DNA of 32,000 nucleotides from Aeropyrum pernix K1 (GTDB lineage: Archaea; Thermoproteota; Thermoprotei_A; Sulfolobales; Acidilobaceae), in NCBI RefSeq assembly GCF_000011125.1, contig NC_000854.2:180001-212000 (forward strand), given 5' to 3'. Under the pieces are notes generated by a model. The model was not told the DNA's origin. It searched no databases and worked only from the letters and a program-made list of their open reading frames with translations. Positions 1-10,121 of the stretch are shown in pieces (the first letter of the stretch is position 1; every line of letters starts with the position of its first letter). A program made the translations under genes and the position numbers.

Positions 1-279
1 CTCCTGAAAACCGTCGCTATAGCGAGGATAGTCTTCAGAGGCGAGATACGGTGGATCCAAGCGGGGTGGCTGACGGCGGGTGTTAAGCTTGGCCAGGCTA
101 CGCTCGAGTACGGGGCGAACGACTGGGGCGGCACCCTTTATGGCGAGAAGGTCCTCCCAGAGGCGGGGGTGCCGTTGCCAAAGCTCGTCAGGAGGAGTAT
201 TGAGAGGCTGATATGGGAGGCCGGTTACGAGCCCGTGGAGAGGGACAACTGGTACAGGCCCGTTTCGCCATCGGGCTGA
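1..279 (+). CDS. mqnC: Cyclic dehypoxanthinyl futalosine synthase, C-terminal end (MqnC; truncated by window edge)
   Basis: Frame 1 is open to TGA at 277-279: ...WIQAGWLTAGVKLGQATLEYGANDWGGTLYGEKVLPEAG..., typical of the C-terminus of the MqnC/MqnE radical SAM family; followed by mqnE and mqnA. Confidence 0.75.
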   Translation, partial: LLKTVAIARIVFRGEIRWIQAGWLTAGVKLGQATLEYGANDWGGTLYGEKVLPEAGVPLPKLVRRSIERLIWEAGYEPVERDNWYRPVSPSG

Positions 280-302
280 ACTGAGGCGGGGGGTGTGTTA
301 CA

Positions 303-1481
303 GTGGGTTTGATCCCTCCCAAGTGGCTCGAGAGGATGGTTGAGGCCTATAGAGACCCTAGCCTAGAGAGGGCGGTATACGGAGAGGTCCTCACCAGGAG
401 CGATATTGAGAGGCTGCTCTCCGAGACGCCGCTCCATCCCATGGCCGCCGCTGCAGATTACTATGCCAGGGTCATCAAGAAAGGTGTTGGCAGTTACATA
501 GTTAACATCTACCTAGCCTACACTAACGTGTGCGTAACTAGATGCACCTTCTGCGATTTCTACGTCCCCCCAGAGAGGAGGAGCAGTGGCTACACGCACC
601 CTCCTGAGCACCTAGGCCGTGTCGCCGGGCTGGCCCGGAAGAGGCTAGGGGTTAGGGAGGTTCATATGGTGGGAGGTAATGATCCGGAGCTACCCCTAGA
701 GTATTATGAGGAGGCTATTAGAGAGATAAAGAGGGTGGCGCCGGGCGTCGTTTTAAAGGCTTTTACAGCAGAGGAGATAGGGTTCATAGCGAAGGCTACC
801 GGAAACACGCCTAAAGAGGTCCTCGCAAGGTTCAGAGAGGCGGGCCTAGACGCTCTCCCCGGAGGAGGAGCCGAGGTTCTGAGCGAGGAGGTGAGGAAGA
901 GGATAGCGCCTCTAAAGATATCCAGCGATGAGTACCTAGAGATACATAGGCTGGCGCACAGTATGGGTATAAGGAGCAATATAACTCTACTCTACGCTCA
1001 TATAGAGGAGCCTAGACATGTGGCCGAACACCTATACAGGATCAGGAGGCTTCAGGAGGAGACTGGCGGGTTCATAAGCTTCATACCGATCAGGTTCAAC
1101 CCGGGCAAGACGCCCCTATCGAGGCACCCGGAGTATGTTAAGAAGGGTGACAGAGGGGGCCTCTACGATCTGAGGATAGTAGCTGCGAGCAGGCTCGCCC
1201 TCCTTGGCGCCATAGACAATATAATGGCGTACTGGGTTAGCATGGGCGAGAAGCTCGCCCAGGCAGCCCTCTCCCACGGTGCTAACGACATTGGAGGAAC
1301 CTTCTATAACGAGAGCGTCATAAGCGCGGCCAGCAGCCTTAGGAAGAGGAAAGGCATGAGCCCCGCGAGACTCGTGTTTAACATAGCAACAGCCGGGTGG
1401 ACGCCTATGGAGAGGGACACTTTCTACAACTACTACCCTCCAAGAGCCGAGCCTCCCCGGCTCCCCTGGATGCAGGGCTAG
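303..1481 (+). CDS. mqnE: Aminofutalosine synthase-like radical SAM enzyme (MqnE)
   Basis: Radical SAM CxxxCxxC motif (NVCVTRCTFCDFY), GGNDPELPLEYY, SHGANDIGGTFYNE; adjacent to mqnC and mqnA. Confidence 0.85.
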   Translation: MGLIPPKWLERMVEAYRDPSLERAVYGEVLTRSDIERLLSETPLHPMAAAADYYARVIKKGVGSYIVNIYLAYTNVCVTRCTFCDFYVPPERRSSGYTHPPEHLGRVAGLARKRLGVREVHMVGGNDPELPLEYYEEAIREIKRVAPGVVLKAFTAEEIGFIAKATGNTPKEVLARFREAGLDALPGGGAEVLSEEVRKRIAPLKISSDEYLEIHRLAHSMGIRSNITLLYAHIEEPRHVAEHLYRIRRLQEETGGFISFIPIRFNPGKTPLSRHPEYVKKGDRGGLYDLRIVAASRLALLGAIDNIMAYWVSMGEKLAQAALSHGANDIGGTFYNESVISAASSLRKRKGMSPARLVFNIATAGWTPMERDTFYNYYPPRAEPPRLPWMQG

Positions 1482-1535
1482 AGCTGCCGGGACACCTAGC
1501 CAAGACATTATCTAGGTCTAGGCAGGCTGGTTTGG

Positions 1536-2243
1536 ATGGTCTACGACCTAGCGCTGCCCAGACACTCATACGCCCTACCCCTCATAGATGAGGCCCTCTC
1601 CAGAGGCCTCACTGTAGTGGAGCTACAGCCGCCCGAAGCCTACGATGCCCTAGTCGAGGGCAGGGTTAGAGCGGCCCTCATCCCCCTGGCACTAGCCAGA
1701 GGAGCCAAGATCTGCCCTGGACCGATGGTGTGGAGCCTCTCTGCCACAATGAGCGTCGCAATCTACTCGTTCTCCGTTAGAAGGCTGGATGACTGCGCAG
1801 CCGTGGCTGTTTCAGGCGAGTCGAGGACCTCGCTAGTATACCTCCGTGAAGTTAGGGAGAAGCTGCAAGCCCCTTGGAGTATAGTTCAGGCCGAGAGGGG
1901 TTGTGTCACACTGGAGTGCCTCTTATCCCGTGCAGACTGCGCCCTTCTCCTCGGCGACGAAGCTCTCAGGGCGAGGACAAGGCTTCCTCCTATAGAGGAC
2001 CTCGGGAGGCTCGTGAAGAGGGTTCTCGGGATAAGTCCGGTCTACGCCGTCACAGCATCAATAGAAGATTGCCCCTCAGGACTGCCTAGAGGAGAGCCTG
2101 CTGTGAGGAGGAGGCACATAGAAGAGCTGTGTAGGAGAACTGGGCTGGGCCTGAGGGACGCCCTGATGTACTACACTGTGTTAAACCTCTCATACTCGCC
2201 TGAGCATCTGGAGAACGCTCTCCATGTATTTGATAGAGAGTAG
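1536..2243 (+). CDS. mqnA: Chorismate dehydratase-like futalosine-pathway protein (MqnA family)
   Basis: Periplasmic-binding-like fold family sequence (VRAALIPLALA..., LLGDEAL...) next to mqnE. Confidence 0.7.
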   Translation: MVYDLALPRHSYALPLIDEALSRGLTVVELQPPEAYDALVEGRVRAALIPLALARGAKICPGPMVWSLSATMSVAIYSFSVRRLDDCAAVAVSGESRTSLVYLREVREKLQAPWSIVQAERGCVTLECLLSRADCALLLGDEALRARTRLPPIEDLGRLVKRVLGISPVYAVTASIEDCPSGLPRGEPAVRRRHIEELCRRTGLGLRDALMYYTVLNLSYSPEHLENALHVFDRE

Positions 2244-2320
2244 CCTAGGATAACCGCGATCTAACGGCGATCATTGATTATAGTAGGGGCGGGGATAGTG
2301 GCTCGGGGAAATTGTGTGGC

Positions 2321-3088
2321 TTATATGCTCTCGGGGAACAGTTTCCGCTCGAGCCTCGATATGACATCTTCTCTAAGCTTCTCATACCTCTCCAAACTCC
2401 CCACGTCGAACCAGGGGCCGTCGTAGATGTAGGCTACGGCCTTGGACTTCCTCACTAGTATAGGCATCATGTCCCCCATGATGTCGAAGCTGGTTCCCAG
2501 GCCTTCTGCTGCCTCGCGGAAGGCCTCTTTTCTAAATATCGCCACCCCTATGAAGACGTTGACTCCTATCCACGGCTTCTCCTCCACATCCTCTATGACG
2601 CCTTCTCGCCCCGCTTTCACAACTCCGACGGGAACTTGGTACCTCTCCGCCACCGCTAGTGTCGCTGAGGCATCATGTTGCCTGTGAAGACTGTACATTG
2701 AGGCGAGGCCGACCTCGGCTATTATGTCCCCATACCAAACTAGGAAGTCCTCATCGGAAACCCTACCCTCCTCTAGAGCCTTAAGAACGCTCCCTCCCGT
2801 TCCGCTGTATCTCTCATCGTCTATGCTATAATCTATCTTGACACCCAGCTTTTCGCCCCTGCCGAAGTAGTTGTAGATGTAGCGCCACTTGTAGCCGACA
2901 AGTAGGACTATATTCTCGACTCCCTGCAAGGCCAGCATTTTTACGACATACTCTAGCAGGGGCTTTTCAGATCGTCCGAGGGGTATCATAGGTTTGGGTA
3001 TGAGATCTGTGTATGGTCTAAACCTCCTCCCTTTACCACCAGCAAGTATTAGGGCGGTCCTGGGGGTTGACAAGAGTGTATACACCAT
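2321..3088 (-). CDS. Sugar-phosphate nucleotidyltransferase
   Basis: N-terminal ALILAGGKGRRFRPYTDLIPKPMIPLG signature; WYGDIIAE; FDVGSLERYEK. Confidence 0.9.
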   Translation of the reverse strand: MVYTLLSTPRTALILAGGKGRRFRPYTDLIPKPMIPLGRSEKPLLEYVVKMLALQGVENIVLLVGYKWRYIYNYFGRGEKLGVKIDYSIDDERYSGTGGSVLKALEEGRVSDEDFLVWYGDIIAEVGLASMYSLHRQHDASATLAVAERYQVPVGVVKAGREGVIEDVEEKPWIGVNVFIGVAIFRKEAFREAAEGLGTSFDIMGDMMPILVRKSKAVAYIYDGPWFDVGSLERYEKLREDVISRLERKLFPESI

Positions 3089-3159
3089 AGTCTCACATGT
3101 GATATGGTTGTAGTATATATATTGTCAGGCTACTGTGATAGAGCATGTGGGCTAAAATC

Positions 3160-3717
3160 CTACGGAGATGATTGATGATGCACTCCCGTCCCCGGTTTAA
3201 ACGCTAGAACGCTAGAGTTCTCTAAGCCAGGTTTTCTCAGGCATCTATGCACAACAACGCCTCCGACACCAGGAAGGCCGTAGACCACCGTCCAGTCGAT
3301 GCCGCAGTCGAGGGCCGCGAGGGCTATGAGGTCCTCTTCTCCTTCTACAAAAACCACATGCCTACCATACTCTTCCATTAGTTTGCAAATTGTCGTGTAG
3401 GCCTCCAGAGATAGTGAACCCGGGGGGCTTCGAACCCTGTGGACTCTGAAGCCCTGCGGCACAACCATGTCTCTCCAACTCTCCCTCCTTGTCTTTCCGT
3501 CTACCACAAGGATGAGGGGGCCTGTCCACGCGGTAGAGAGTGTAGCGATGCATGCTTGGGATACGTAGTCGCCTATGCAAGCAACACCGCTACAGGGAGT
3601 CTGGAGGAGCTGTCTTCTGAACCTATCGCCGCTATATACGGGCCCTGCCGCTGCCGCTAGTGCTTCCCTCATGTCCTCCGGCAGGCTTAAGAGCGGTATA
3701 GACAGGGCGACCGACAT
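3160..3717 (-). CDS. GTP-dependent dephospho-CoA kinase (DUF359 family)
   Basis: VFVEGEEDLIALAAL motif and conserved archaeal order rpo7-spt4-DUF359. Confidence 0.75.
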   Translation of the reverse strand: MSVALSIPLLSLPEDMREALAAAAGPVYSGDRFRRQLLQTPCSGVACIGDYVSQACIATLSTAWTGPLILVVDGKTRRESWRDMVVPQGFRVHRVRSPPGSLSLEAYTTICKLMEEYGRHVVFVEGEEDLIALAALDCGIDWTVVYGLPGVGGVVVHRCLRKPGLENSSVLAFKPGTGVHHQSSP

Positions 3718-3719
3718 GG

Positions 3720-3938
3720 CTATATCATGACCTTCTTACCTATGAGTATAGCCTTCCTGACAGGCTTTTCTATCCCGAGCTCCCTGGCTATAGCCGAGTT
3801 CTCAGGGTCAATTATGACTAGCATGCCGCTCCAGTTCTCAGTGAACTGGGTGGACCCACACTCGGGACAGACCTTAGATCCCCTCGGCACTAGCGTGCCA
3901 CAGTTCTTACATGCTACGAGCGAGGTCCTCCTAGCCAA
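3720..3938 (-). CDS. spt4: Transcription elongation factor Spt4 (RNA polymerase subunit E'')
   Basis: Zinc ribbon CKNCGTLVPRGSKVCPECGS and SGMLVIIDPENS; directly downstream of rpo7. Confidence 0.93.
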   Translation of the reverse strand: MARRTSLVACKNCGTLVPRGSKVCPECGSTQFTENWSGMLVIIDPENSAIARELGIEKPVRKAILIGKKVMI

Positions 3939-3944
3939 AGAGCG

Positions 3945-4526
3945 TCACCCCTTCTTAGCCTCGGGGGCCACCCACTCCTCCTTACCCAGATAGGGTTGTC
4001 TCATTGTCAATCCTATCCCTATTATCTGGGCGGTCCTACTTGGCCTCGACACATGAACCACCCTAGCCCTAACCACGTCCCCAACCCTAATCTCCCTCTT
4101 GCTGGCCAAGCCGACGAAGCCGGACCGGTCTGGGAGGAGCTCCACACCCTCATCCATGATCTGGTTCCTATGGACTTTCCCGTCGAGAGGGCCTAGGTTC
4201 ACAACTAGGCCGAAGTCGTCCGCCCTAGTCACAACACCCCTGACTATCTCGAGCTGCACTGGCTTGAAGGCTAGAACCCTATACCTGACTGGATAGTATA
4301 TGGAGGGGTCACCGCTCACTGGGGGGATAATGCCGTCTCCCACTATCTTGGCGTCAAGCACTGCGACTATAACACCCATCTCCTCGTCAATCCTCCCCTC
4401 CAGCCTCCTGAGATGCTCCAAAGCCGCCTTGTCGAGGTCCTCAGAGGAGTATATGCTAGCCGGCTCCATACCAATCCACTCCTCAACCACGTACTCGTAA
4501 TACATGCTGTAGACACCCTCCCCCAA
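3945..4526 (-). CDS. rpo7: DNA-directed RNA polymerase subunit Rpo7 (RpoE')
   Basis: N-terminal RNAP Rpb7-like domain followed by S1-like domain (DEGVELLPDRSGF...VGDVVRARVVHVS). Confidence 0.9.
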   Translation of the reverse strand: MGEGVYSMYYEYVVEEWIGMEPASIYSSEDLDKAALEHLRRLEGRIDEEMGVIVAVLDAKIVGDGIIPPVSGDPSIYYPVRYRVLAFKPVQLEIVRGVVTRADDFGLVVNLGPLDGKVHRNQIMDEGVELLPDRSGFVGLASKREIRVGDVVRARVVHVSRPSRTAQIIGIGLTMRQPYLGKEEWVAPEAKKG

Positions 4527-4573
4527 AACCCAAGCTGGTTAAGAGAGTGTGGAAGGCGAGGCTAAATAGACTT

Positions 4574-5787
4574 TCAAACCTCCTCAACTCTGGAAGCGGC
4601 GCGTGCTTTAAGCTTTGAAATGATGCTTGAAAGAGGTATCTCCACGGGGCATACCTCATCGCACCTGCCACAGCCCAGGCATAGGTAGCTTATCTCTCCA
4701 GCTAGGTCCTCGCCCAGAGTTATAGCTGTCCATCCCATACCCATGGGCCCGCCGTACGCCGGGCCGCCCCACAGGTTTGCCGTGTGGAGGAAGACCGGGC
4801 ACTCGAAGCTGCACCTACCGCATCTTATACACCTCAGCTGCTCTACTAGAAAGGGTGGCTAGCGGCCTTCATCCTCCCGTTGTCTAGTAGCACCACGTGG
4901 ACTTCCCTGGGGCCGTGGGCGCCGAGCACCTTTATCTGCTCTATGTCGCCCGTTGCTGAAGGGCCTGTGATGAGGGAGATATAGACTGGCATCCAGAAGC
5001 CTGCGAAGGCCGCCTGCACAAGCGCCACGTTAACGGCATCCCAGACTGAAGGCACTATCTTGTCTATTGGAACCAGCGCCACGTGGACGGGGGGGAGCGA
5101 GGAGACTAGACGTATATTGCCCTCATTCTCAACCAACACTATAGTACCTGTGTCCGCGGACATGGAGTTGGCCCCTGTTATCCCTACCCTAGCCTTGAAG
5201 AACTTCTCCCTGAGAAACTCCCTGACCGCCGCCACCATTCCCTCCACATCCCTTTCATCAACCTCGATACCCAGCTTCTCCCTTATTATCCTGGCTGCCC
5301 TCTCTCTCGTCATGTGCACCGCCGGCGCTACATTGTGCATCGGCTTCACACCCTCGAGCATGACAAGTAGCTGGCCCAGGTCAGTCTCCCAGACCTCGTT
5401 ACCCATAGACTCTAGATGCTCCCTCAGGCCGATCTCCTCCGCCGCCATACTCTTAGACATGACAACTATGGAACCGCTGCCCACGATCTTACCTACAATC
5501 TCCCTCGCATCCTCAGCCGTCTCCGCGTAATAAGGGTTAGCGCCGACTCTTCGGAGAGACTCCACCGCCCTCTCAACAAGCTCGCCTAGCCGCTTAACAC
5601 TCTCCCTCTTAACCTCCGTCACCTTCTTGGCCGCCTCAAGTATCTCTGGGTGGCTGGACAGTATCTCCGCCACCTTCCTCTGGTTGTTTAGACCGCTTTT
5701 CATTAACCCTTCCTGGAAATCCTTGTCCCCCAGGGCCCTGGAAACCTCCTTTATTACATCGTCTAGAGAACCGCCCACGAGCCACAC
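4574..5787 (-). CDS. LUD-domain (LutB-like) protein with C-terminal two-[4Fe-4S] ferredoxin domain; the two parts are in different frames
   Basis: ORF 4846-5787 has LUD features (GITGANSMSADTGTIVLVENEGN, LITGPSATGDIE) and stops at UAG 4846-4848. The -1 frame continues LVEQLRCIRCGRCSFECPVFLHTANLWGGPAYG...LCLGCGRCDEVCPVEIPLSSIISKLKARAASRVEEV* to 4574. CCCTTTC slippery heptamer at 4849-4855 (minus strand). Confidence 0.8.
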
Positions 5788-5842
5788 CCTATAAAGTATT
5801 AGGGGCGACCTATACTTTTACATTGGCATAGACGGGGCAGCC

Positions 5843-6772
5843 TTAGGCTCTATGCGCGTACCCCACAATATCCTGCAGGCTCCTGAAACCCTCTACCCAG
5901 AGATACCTTCTTACACCTTCAACGATAGAGCGGAGGACATGGGGCCCTATCGTGATGAAGGCGGCTCCAACCTGAACAGCCTTAGCCCCAGCTAGGTAGA
6001 ACTCCACCGCATCCTCCCAGCTTTCAACACCGCCAGCAGCAAATATGTCCGCCCTCGTCTCCCCATAGACTTCATAAACCGCCCTAACAGCTATGGGGTG
6101 GATCGGCTTGCCGGAGAGGCCGCCGACCCTGTTTCCCAGGACAGGCTTTTTAGCGTATACATCTATCTTCATCGCCCTCATGCTGTTTATCAGAGTCAGC
6201 CCCCTCGCACCAGCCTCTAGGGCCTTCGAAGCAGCGTCAACTAGCCTATCGCTGTAGCCGAGCTTGGCAATAACAGGTATCCTTAGGGTCGAGGCGACAG
6301 CAGACACAACACTAGCCACCGCAGCCGGATCCTGACCCAGCTCGAGGCCTCCGCCAGCGAAGTGTGGGCAGCTCAGGTTGAGCTCTACAGCCGAAACACC
6401 AGCCTCCTCGAGCGTTGAGGCCATCTCAACCCACTCGCCCGGAGCGCCCCCAGCTATACTTGCTATAACCGGTATCGACGCCTCCTCCACAGTCTGAGCG
6501 AGCATCTTCGAAGCCTCTCTAAAACCAGGGTTTGCGAGGCCCACGGCGTTAACAATCCCACCCGCCACAGGGTAGAGGTGAGGCTGGGGATAGCCCTTTC
6601 TCGGCTGGTATGTGACACTTTTAGCAACGAAAAACCCTCCACCACCCTCCTCCACAAGCCTGGCCTCCCTGGGCTCCCAGCCTAGGATGCCGCTGGCATT
6701 GCCGACGGGTCGCTGGAGACGTAGGCCTGCGATGCTAATGGACAACTCGGGTTGCGAGTACACCGGTGGCAC
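5843..6772 (-). CDS. pyrD: Dihydroorotate dehydrogenase (class 1B-like)
   Basis: SIAGLRLQRPVGNASGILG..., VELNLSCPHFAGG, SNRVGGLSGKPIHPIAVRAVYEVY; overlaps pyrC. Exact start uncertain. Confidence 0.88.
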   Translation of the reverse strand: MPPVYSQPELSISIAGLRLQRPVGNASGILGWEPREARLVEEGGGGFFVAKSVTYQPRKGYPQPHLYPVAGGIVNAVGLANPGFREASKMLAQTVEEASIPVIASIAGGAPGEWVEMASTLEEAGVSAVELNLSCPHFAGGGLELGQDPAAVASVVSAVASTLRIPVIAKLGYSDRLVDAASKALEAGARGLTLINSMRAMKIDVYAKKPVLGNRVGGLSGKPIHPIAVRAVYEVYGETRADIFAAGGVESWEDAVEFYLAGAKAVQVGAAFITIGPHVLRSIVEGVRRYLWVEGFRSLQDIVGYAHRA

Positions 6773-8024
6773 CCCCCCGTACTCCCTCCCACGCTGTATA
6801 GGCTATCTTACCCCTTATCACGGTTGCAGCACAGTCGAAGCTCTCCATGCCTAGCACTGGGGTGTAGAGGGCTTTGGTGTAGCCCTTGTGATACACCCTA
6901 GTCCTCTCTAGCTGGAGCACGGAGATCGTGGCGGGACAGCCGTCCCACAGGCACCTATCCCCAACACCGAGTATAGTAGAGGGTGTCTGGGAAACCATGC
7001 TATAGAACCTCTCTAAACCTACGGCACGCATCAAGCGGGCGGCCGTGAAGCCGGGCCACCACTCAAGCCACGGAAAACCTGGAGGGGCGATGGCAGGGTG
7101 CATCCACTTCTCCCACGTGCTGTGTGGAGCATGGTCGCTGGCTATCGCATCCACCAATCCCTCAATAGTTAGCTGCGTCAACAGGCTTCTCTCTCCAACC
7201 CCCCTGAGCGGGGGGTTAACCTTCCCCCAGCTGTGCGTCGGGCCAGCTACCTCCTCCTCTGACAGGAAAAGGTGGTGAGGTGTAACATCAACAGTAAACC
7301 CTCTTTTCTTCGACTCCACGACTGTCGCAGGGCATGATGCGTGGGTTATATGGACTCTAGGCTTGCACCCGCACTCCCTCGCAGCATCGTGGAGGAGTTC
7401 GACGGAGGCAGCCTCAGCATGGCACGGCCTCGCAACTCGCCTCAACCAGCCATAGTCTGGTCCTGCAAACATATCGTGAGACTCAGGGTGGAGTACCACC
7501 AGGATTCCGGCCTCTTCAGCGGCCTCCAGCACGTTCTTGATGCTATCCAAGTTGACCAGATCCTCGGGGTATATTTTGAACCCTGCTATACCCATTGAAG
7601 CCATCTCCACCGCCTCGCCATAGCTCCTCGGCACCCCCGCATAGACAGTGTAATCCACCTTAGCACCAGCCTCTAGCGAGGCGAGCTTCTCCCTAAGCGC
7701 CTCGGGCGTCCTCAGGGGTGGCTGGGTATTGGGCATGTCGGCCACGAGCGTAACGCACCCGCTCGCCGCGGCCGCAGTACCACTAACCTCGTCCTCCTTA
7801 TAGGAGAGCTTCAGACCCCGTAGATGCACGTGCATGTCAATAACTCCTGGTAGGGCGAGGCTGCTACGCCCTCTCAGGTCTAGATCCGGCTGGCCGCGAA
7901 AGCCTCCGGTATGAACCCTCTCTACCCTCTCACCGGATATTACTGCACAGGCGTCCTCCAGCATCTTATCACCAGTATAGAGGAAATCCACACAGACCGT
8001 CCAGCCAGCCAAAGAACAGTGCAC
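6735..8024 (-). CDS. pyrC: Dihydroorotase
   Basis: DMHVHLRG metal-binding signature, HVHITHAS, DAIASDHAPHS; coupled with pyrD. Confidence 0.9.
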   Translation of the reverse strand: MHCSLAGWTVCVDFLYTGDKMLEDACAVISGERVERVHTGGFRGQPDLDLRGRSSLALPGVIDMHVHLRGLKLSYKEDEVSGTAAAASGCVTLVADMPNTQPPLRTPEALREKLASLEAGAKVDYTVYAGVPRSYGEAVEMASMGIAGFKIYPEDLVNLDSIKNVLEAAEEAGILVVLHPESHDMFAGPDYGWLRRVARPCHAEAASVELLHDAARECGCKPRVHITHASCPATVVESKKRGFTVDVTPHHLFLSEEEVAGPTHSWGKVNPPLRGVGERSLLTQLTIEGLVDAIASDHAPHSTWEKWMHPAIAPPGFPWLEWWPGFTAARLMRAVGLERFYSMVSQTPSTILGVGDRCLWDGCPATISVLQLERTRVYHKGYTKALYTPVLGMESFDCAATVIRGKIAYTAWEGVRGGATGVLATRVVH

Positions 8025-8062
8025 CCAAGTGTAGTCTTTAACCCTGGAGGGTGAAAACGTGA

Positions 8063-8755
8063 GTGTTGGGGCCCAAAGGCTGGTGTGCTTTGGAGATAAT
8101 AGGTCATAGGGCCAACAGCGGGAGGATAGCCATCTTCTACTCCATGGTAGGCATTAAGGCCGTGGAGGTTGATGTCAGCCTGAAGAGCGGGAAGCCGATG
8201 GCACTACATGGTAGGCCCTCTGTAAGGAGGGCCACTCCTATAGGACGGCTCTGGGGCTGGATAGACTATAAGCTCTTCTACCGCGATCCGTTATACAAGC
8301 CGATGCCCCTAGCTAATTGGCTGGAGAGACTGTGGAGTATGGGTTTCACCAAGGTTGTTATAGACGTCAAATCAGGCGGTATAGACCCTACTCTGCTAGC
8401 TAGCGAGGTAGAGAGGGGATGGCCTGGCCAGGTGATCTATACAAGCGAGAACCACAGATACCTTAGACGGCTCAGAGAGGAGGCCAGCGCCGTTGTTTAT
8501 ACAACATATAGCATACTGCCTGTTGACGTGGCAGACCCGGCACTCAAGGCCGGGGCTGAGGGCGTCTCCATAAGGTTTGATTTGGCTATCGAGGACAACG
8601 TCATCAGAGCCCTCAGGCAAAGTGGTCTTAAGGTGGTGGTGTGGACTGTAAACACGGAGGATCAAGCGAAAACAGTTGAAAAACTAGGGGTGGACGCTAT
8701 AGTCTCAGACAGGCCGGACAAGGTTCTTAGAGCCCTCGACAAAAGGGAGAAGTAG
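8063..8755 (+). CDS. Glycerophosphodiester phosphodiesterase family protein
   Basis: IGHRANSGR, EVDVSLKSGKPMALHG, WTVNTEDQAKTVEKLGVDAIVSDRPD. Start probably internal to the listed ORF. Confidence 0.85.
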   Translation: MLGPKGWCALEIIGHRANSGRIAIFYSMVGIKAVEVDVSLKSGKPMALHGRPSVRRATPIGRLWGWIDYKLFYRDPLYKPMPLANWLERLWSMGFTKVVIDVKSGGIDPTLLASEVERGWPGQVIYTSENHRYLRRLREEASAVVYTTYSILPVDVADPALKAGAEGVSIRFDLAIEDNVIRALRQSGLKVVVWTVNTEDQAKTVEKLGVDAIVSDRPDKVLRALDKREK

Positions 8756-8798
8756 TTGGGGCCAGGTAGGCCAAAAAGCGGGGATGCCGTTACGAGAT

Positions 8799-10121
8799 TC
8801 AGCTTGAGACGGCAGTCTGCACGGCGTCATAGGCGTCTATGATACCGTATCCATACAGGCTATCGTAGCCTGGGTCTCCCGCGTCAGTAGCAGTAGTATG
8901 CAGTACGCCCCTCACGGTGTCTGGAGTAGTGTCACTCTCGCTTCCCGGAGGGAGTAGAGGGAGGCCAGCGGCCAGCCTGGCAGCCTGTATTAGAGCCACA
9001 GTCCCTGACACGTGTGGAGTCGCCATGCTAGTGCCGCTCAGCTCCTCATAGGTATCGTCGGGGTAGGTGCTTAGTATGTTCACTCCAGGTGCAGCAACCT
9101 CAGGGTTTCTATTGCTCCAGCTAGGTACGTTGCCGTTCTCGTCTATAGCGCCTACCGCTATTACCTCAGGGTAGGCTGCAGGGTATGAGGGGCTGTCCGC
9201 CCCGTCGTTACCCGCTGCTGCGACAATAGTTATTCCAAGGTTGTACGCCGCCTTGATAACGTCGTGGAGTTCTGGTGGTGGGCTGCTCCCACCTAGGCTC
9301 ATGGAGATAACCTCTGGAGCATCATCGTCTGGATCCCCAGCGACGACGCCATCTCCATCAGCGTCAATTACGCCGTCCGGCCCCTTCACAGCAAGGTCTA
9401 TAGCTATTATAAGGTCGCTCCAGCTGCCGTAACCCCCGTTACCGAGAGCTTTAACGGCGTAGATCTCCACGCTGTGTGCAACCCCTATCACCCCTATATC
9501 GTTGTCTATGGCGGCTACAGTGCCCGTTACGTGTGTACCGTGGCCGTTTCTATCCTGGTAGTTGGAGGATATCCTGCCGTTCAAAACAGATATCCCCCAG
9601 ACAATGTTGCCTGCAAGGTCGGGATGGTCCTTATCGACACCAGTGTCAATAACGGCAACCTCTATCTCGCCGTCCCCGTCACCGTTAACGTCAACCCAGC
9701 CGGTAACCCCATCGGGCCATACTAGCTCGGCATCGATATAGTCGACACCCCAAGGCAGGACCTCGGCAGGCTGAGACTTATTCCCGCCGCCAGCCCACGG
9801 CGGCTTGGCCATAGCCTGGACCACGCCGTCCTCGGAAACGCTGACAACACCAGGTAGTTTAGAGAGCAGGCCTACAGCCTTTCCTGGTATGCTAATTATA
9901 GCAACGGGGGCCAGATCAGCAACATATATTACCTTGCCCTGAAGAGCCTCCACCGCCTTAGGGTTAAACTCCTCAGGATTAATCTTAGCTATCACAACCG
10001 TGCTAGCCCCAGCCGCCGATCCCGTATAAACAGGGAAGAGAGGCAGAATGAAGATCAGCGCGATCGCAATAGCCGCGATCTTAGTTCCCACCTGAATTAC
10101 ACCAGTTACTACAGCGACCAC
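8799..10121 (-). CDS. Secreted subtilisin-family serine protease with propeptide (pernisine-like)
   Basis: Signal/TM segment, I9-like propeptide, catalytic D (VAVIDTGVDKDHPDLAG), H (DRNGHGTHVTGTVAA) and S (LSGTSMATPHVSG). Confidence 0.93.
   Translation of the reverse strand: MVAVVTGVIQVGTKIAAIAIALIFILPLFPVYTGSAAGASTVVIAKINPEEFNPKAVEALQGKVIYVADLAPVAIISIPGKAVGLLSKLPGVVSVSEDGVVQAMAKPPWAGGGNKSQPAEVLPWGVDYIDAELVWPDGVTGWVDVNGDGDGEIEVAVIDTGVDKDHPDLAGNIVWGISVLNGRISSNYQDRNGHGTHVTGTVAAIDNDIGVIGVAHSVEIYAVKALGNGGYGSWSDLIIAIDLAVKGPDGVIDADGDGVVAGDPDDDAPEVISMSLGGSSPPPELHDVIKAAYNLGITIVAAAGNDGADSPSYPAAYPEVIAVGAIDENGNVPSWSNRNPEVAAPGVNILSTYPDDTYEELSGTSMATPHVSGTVALIQAARLAAGLPLLPPGSESDTTPDTVRGVLHTTATDAGDPGYDSLYGYGIIDAYDAVQTAVSS

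Noticed and set aside
9241-9725. ORFs antisense to the subtilisin-like protease
   Set aside because: The opposite strand has a complete catalytic triad and propeptide; antisense translations have no family resemblance.
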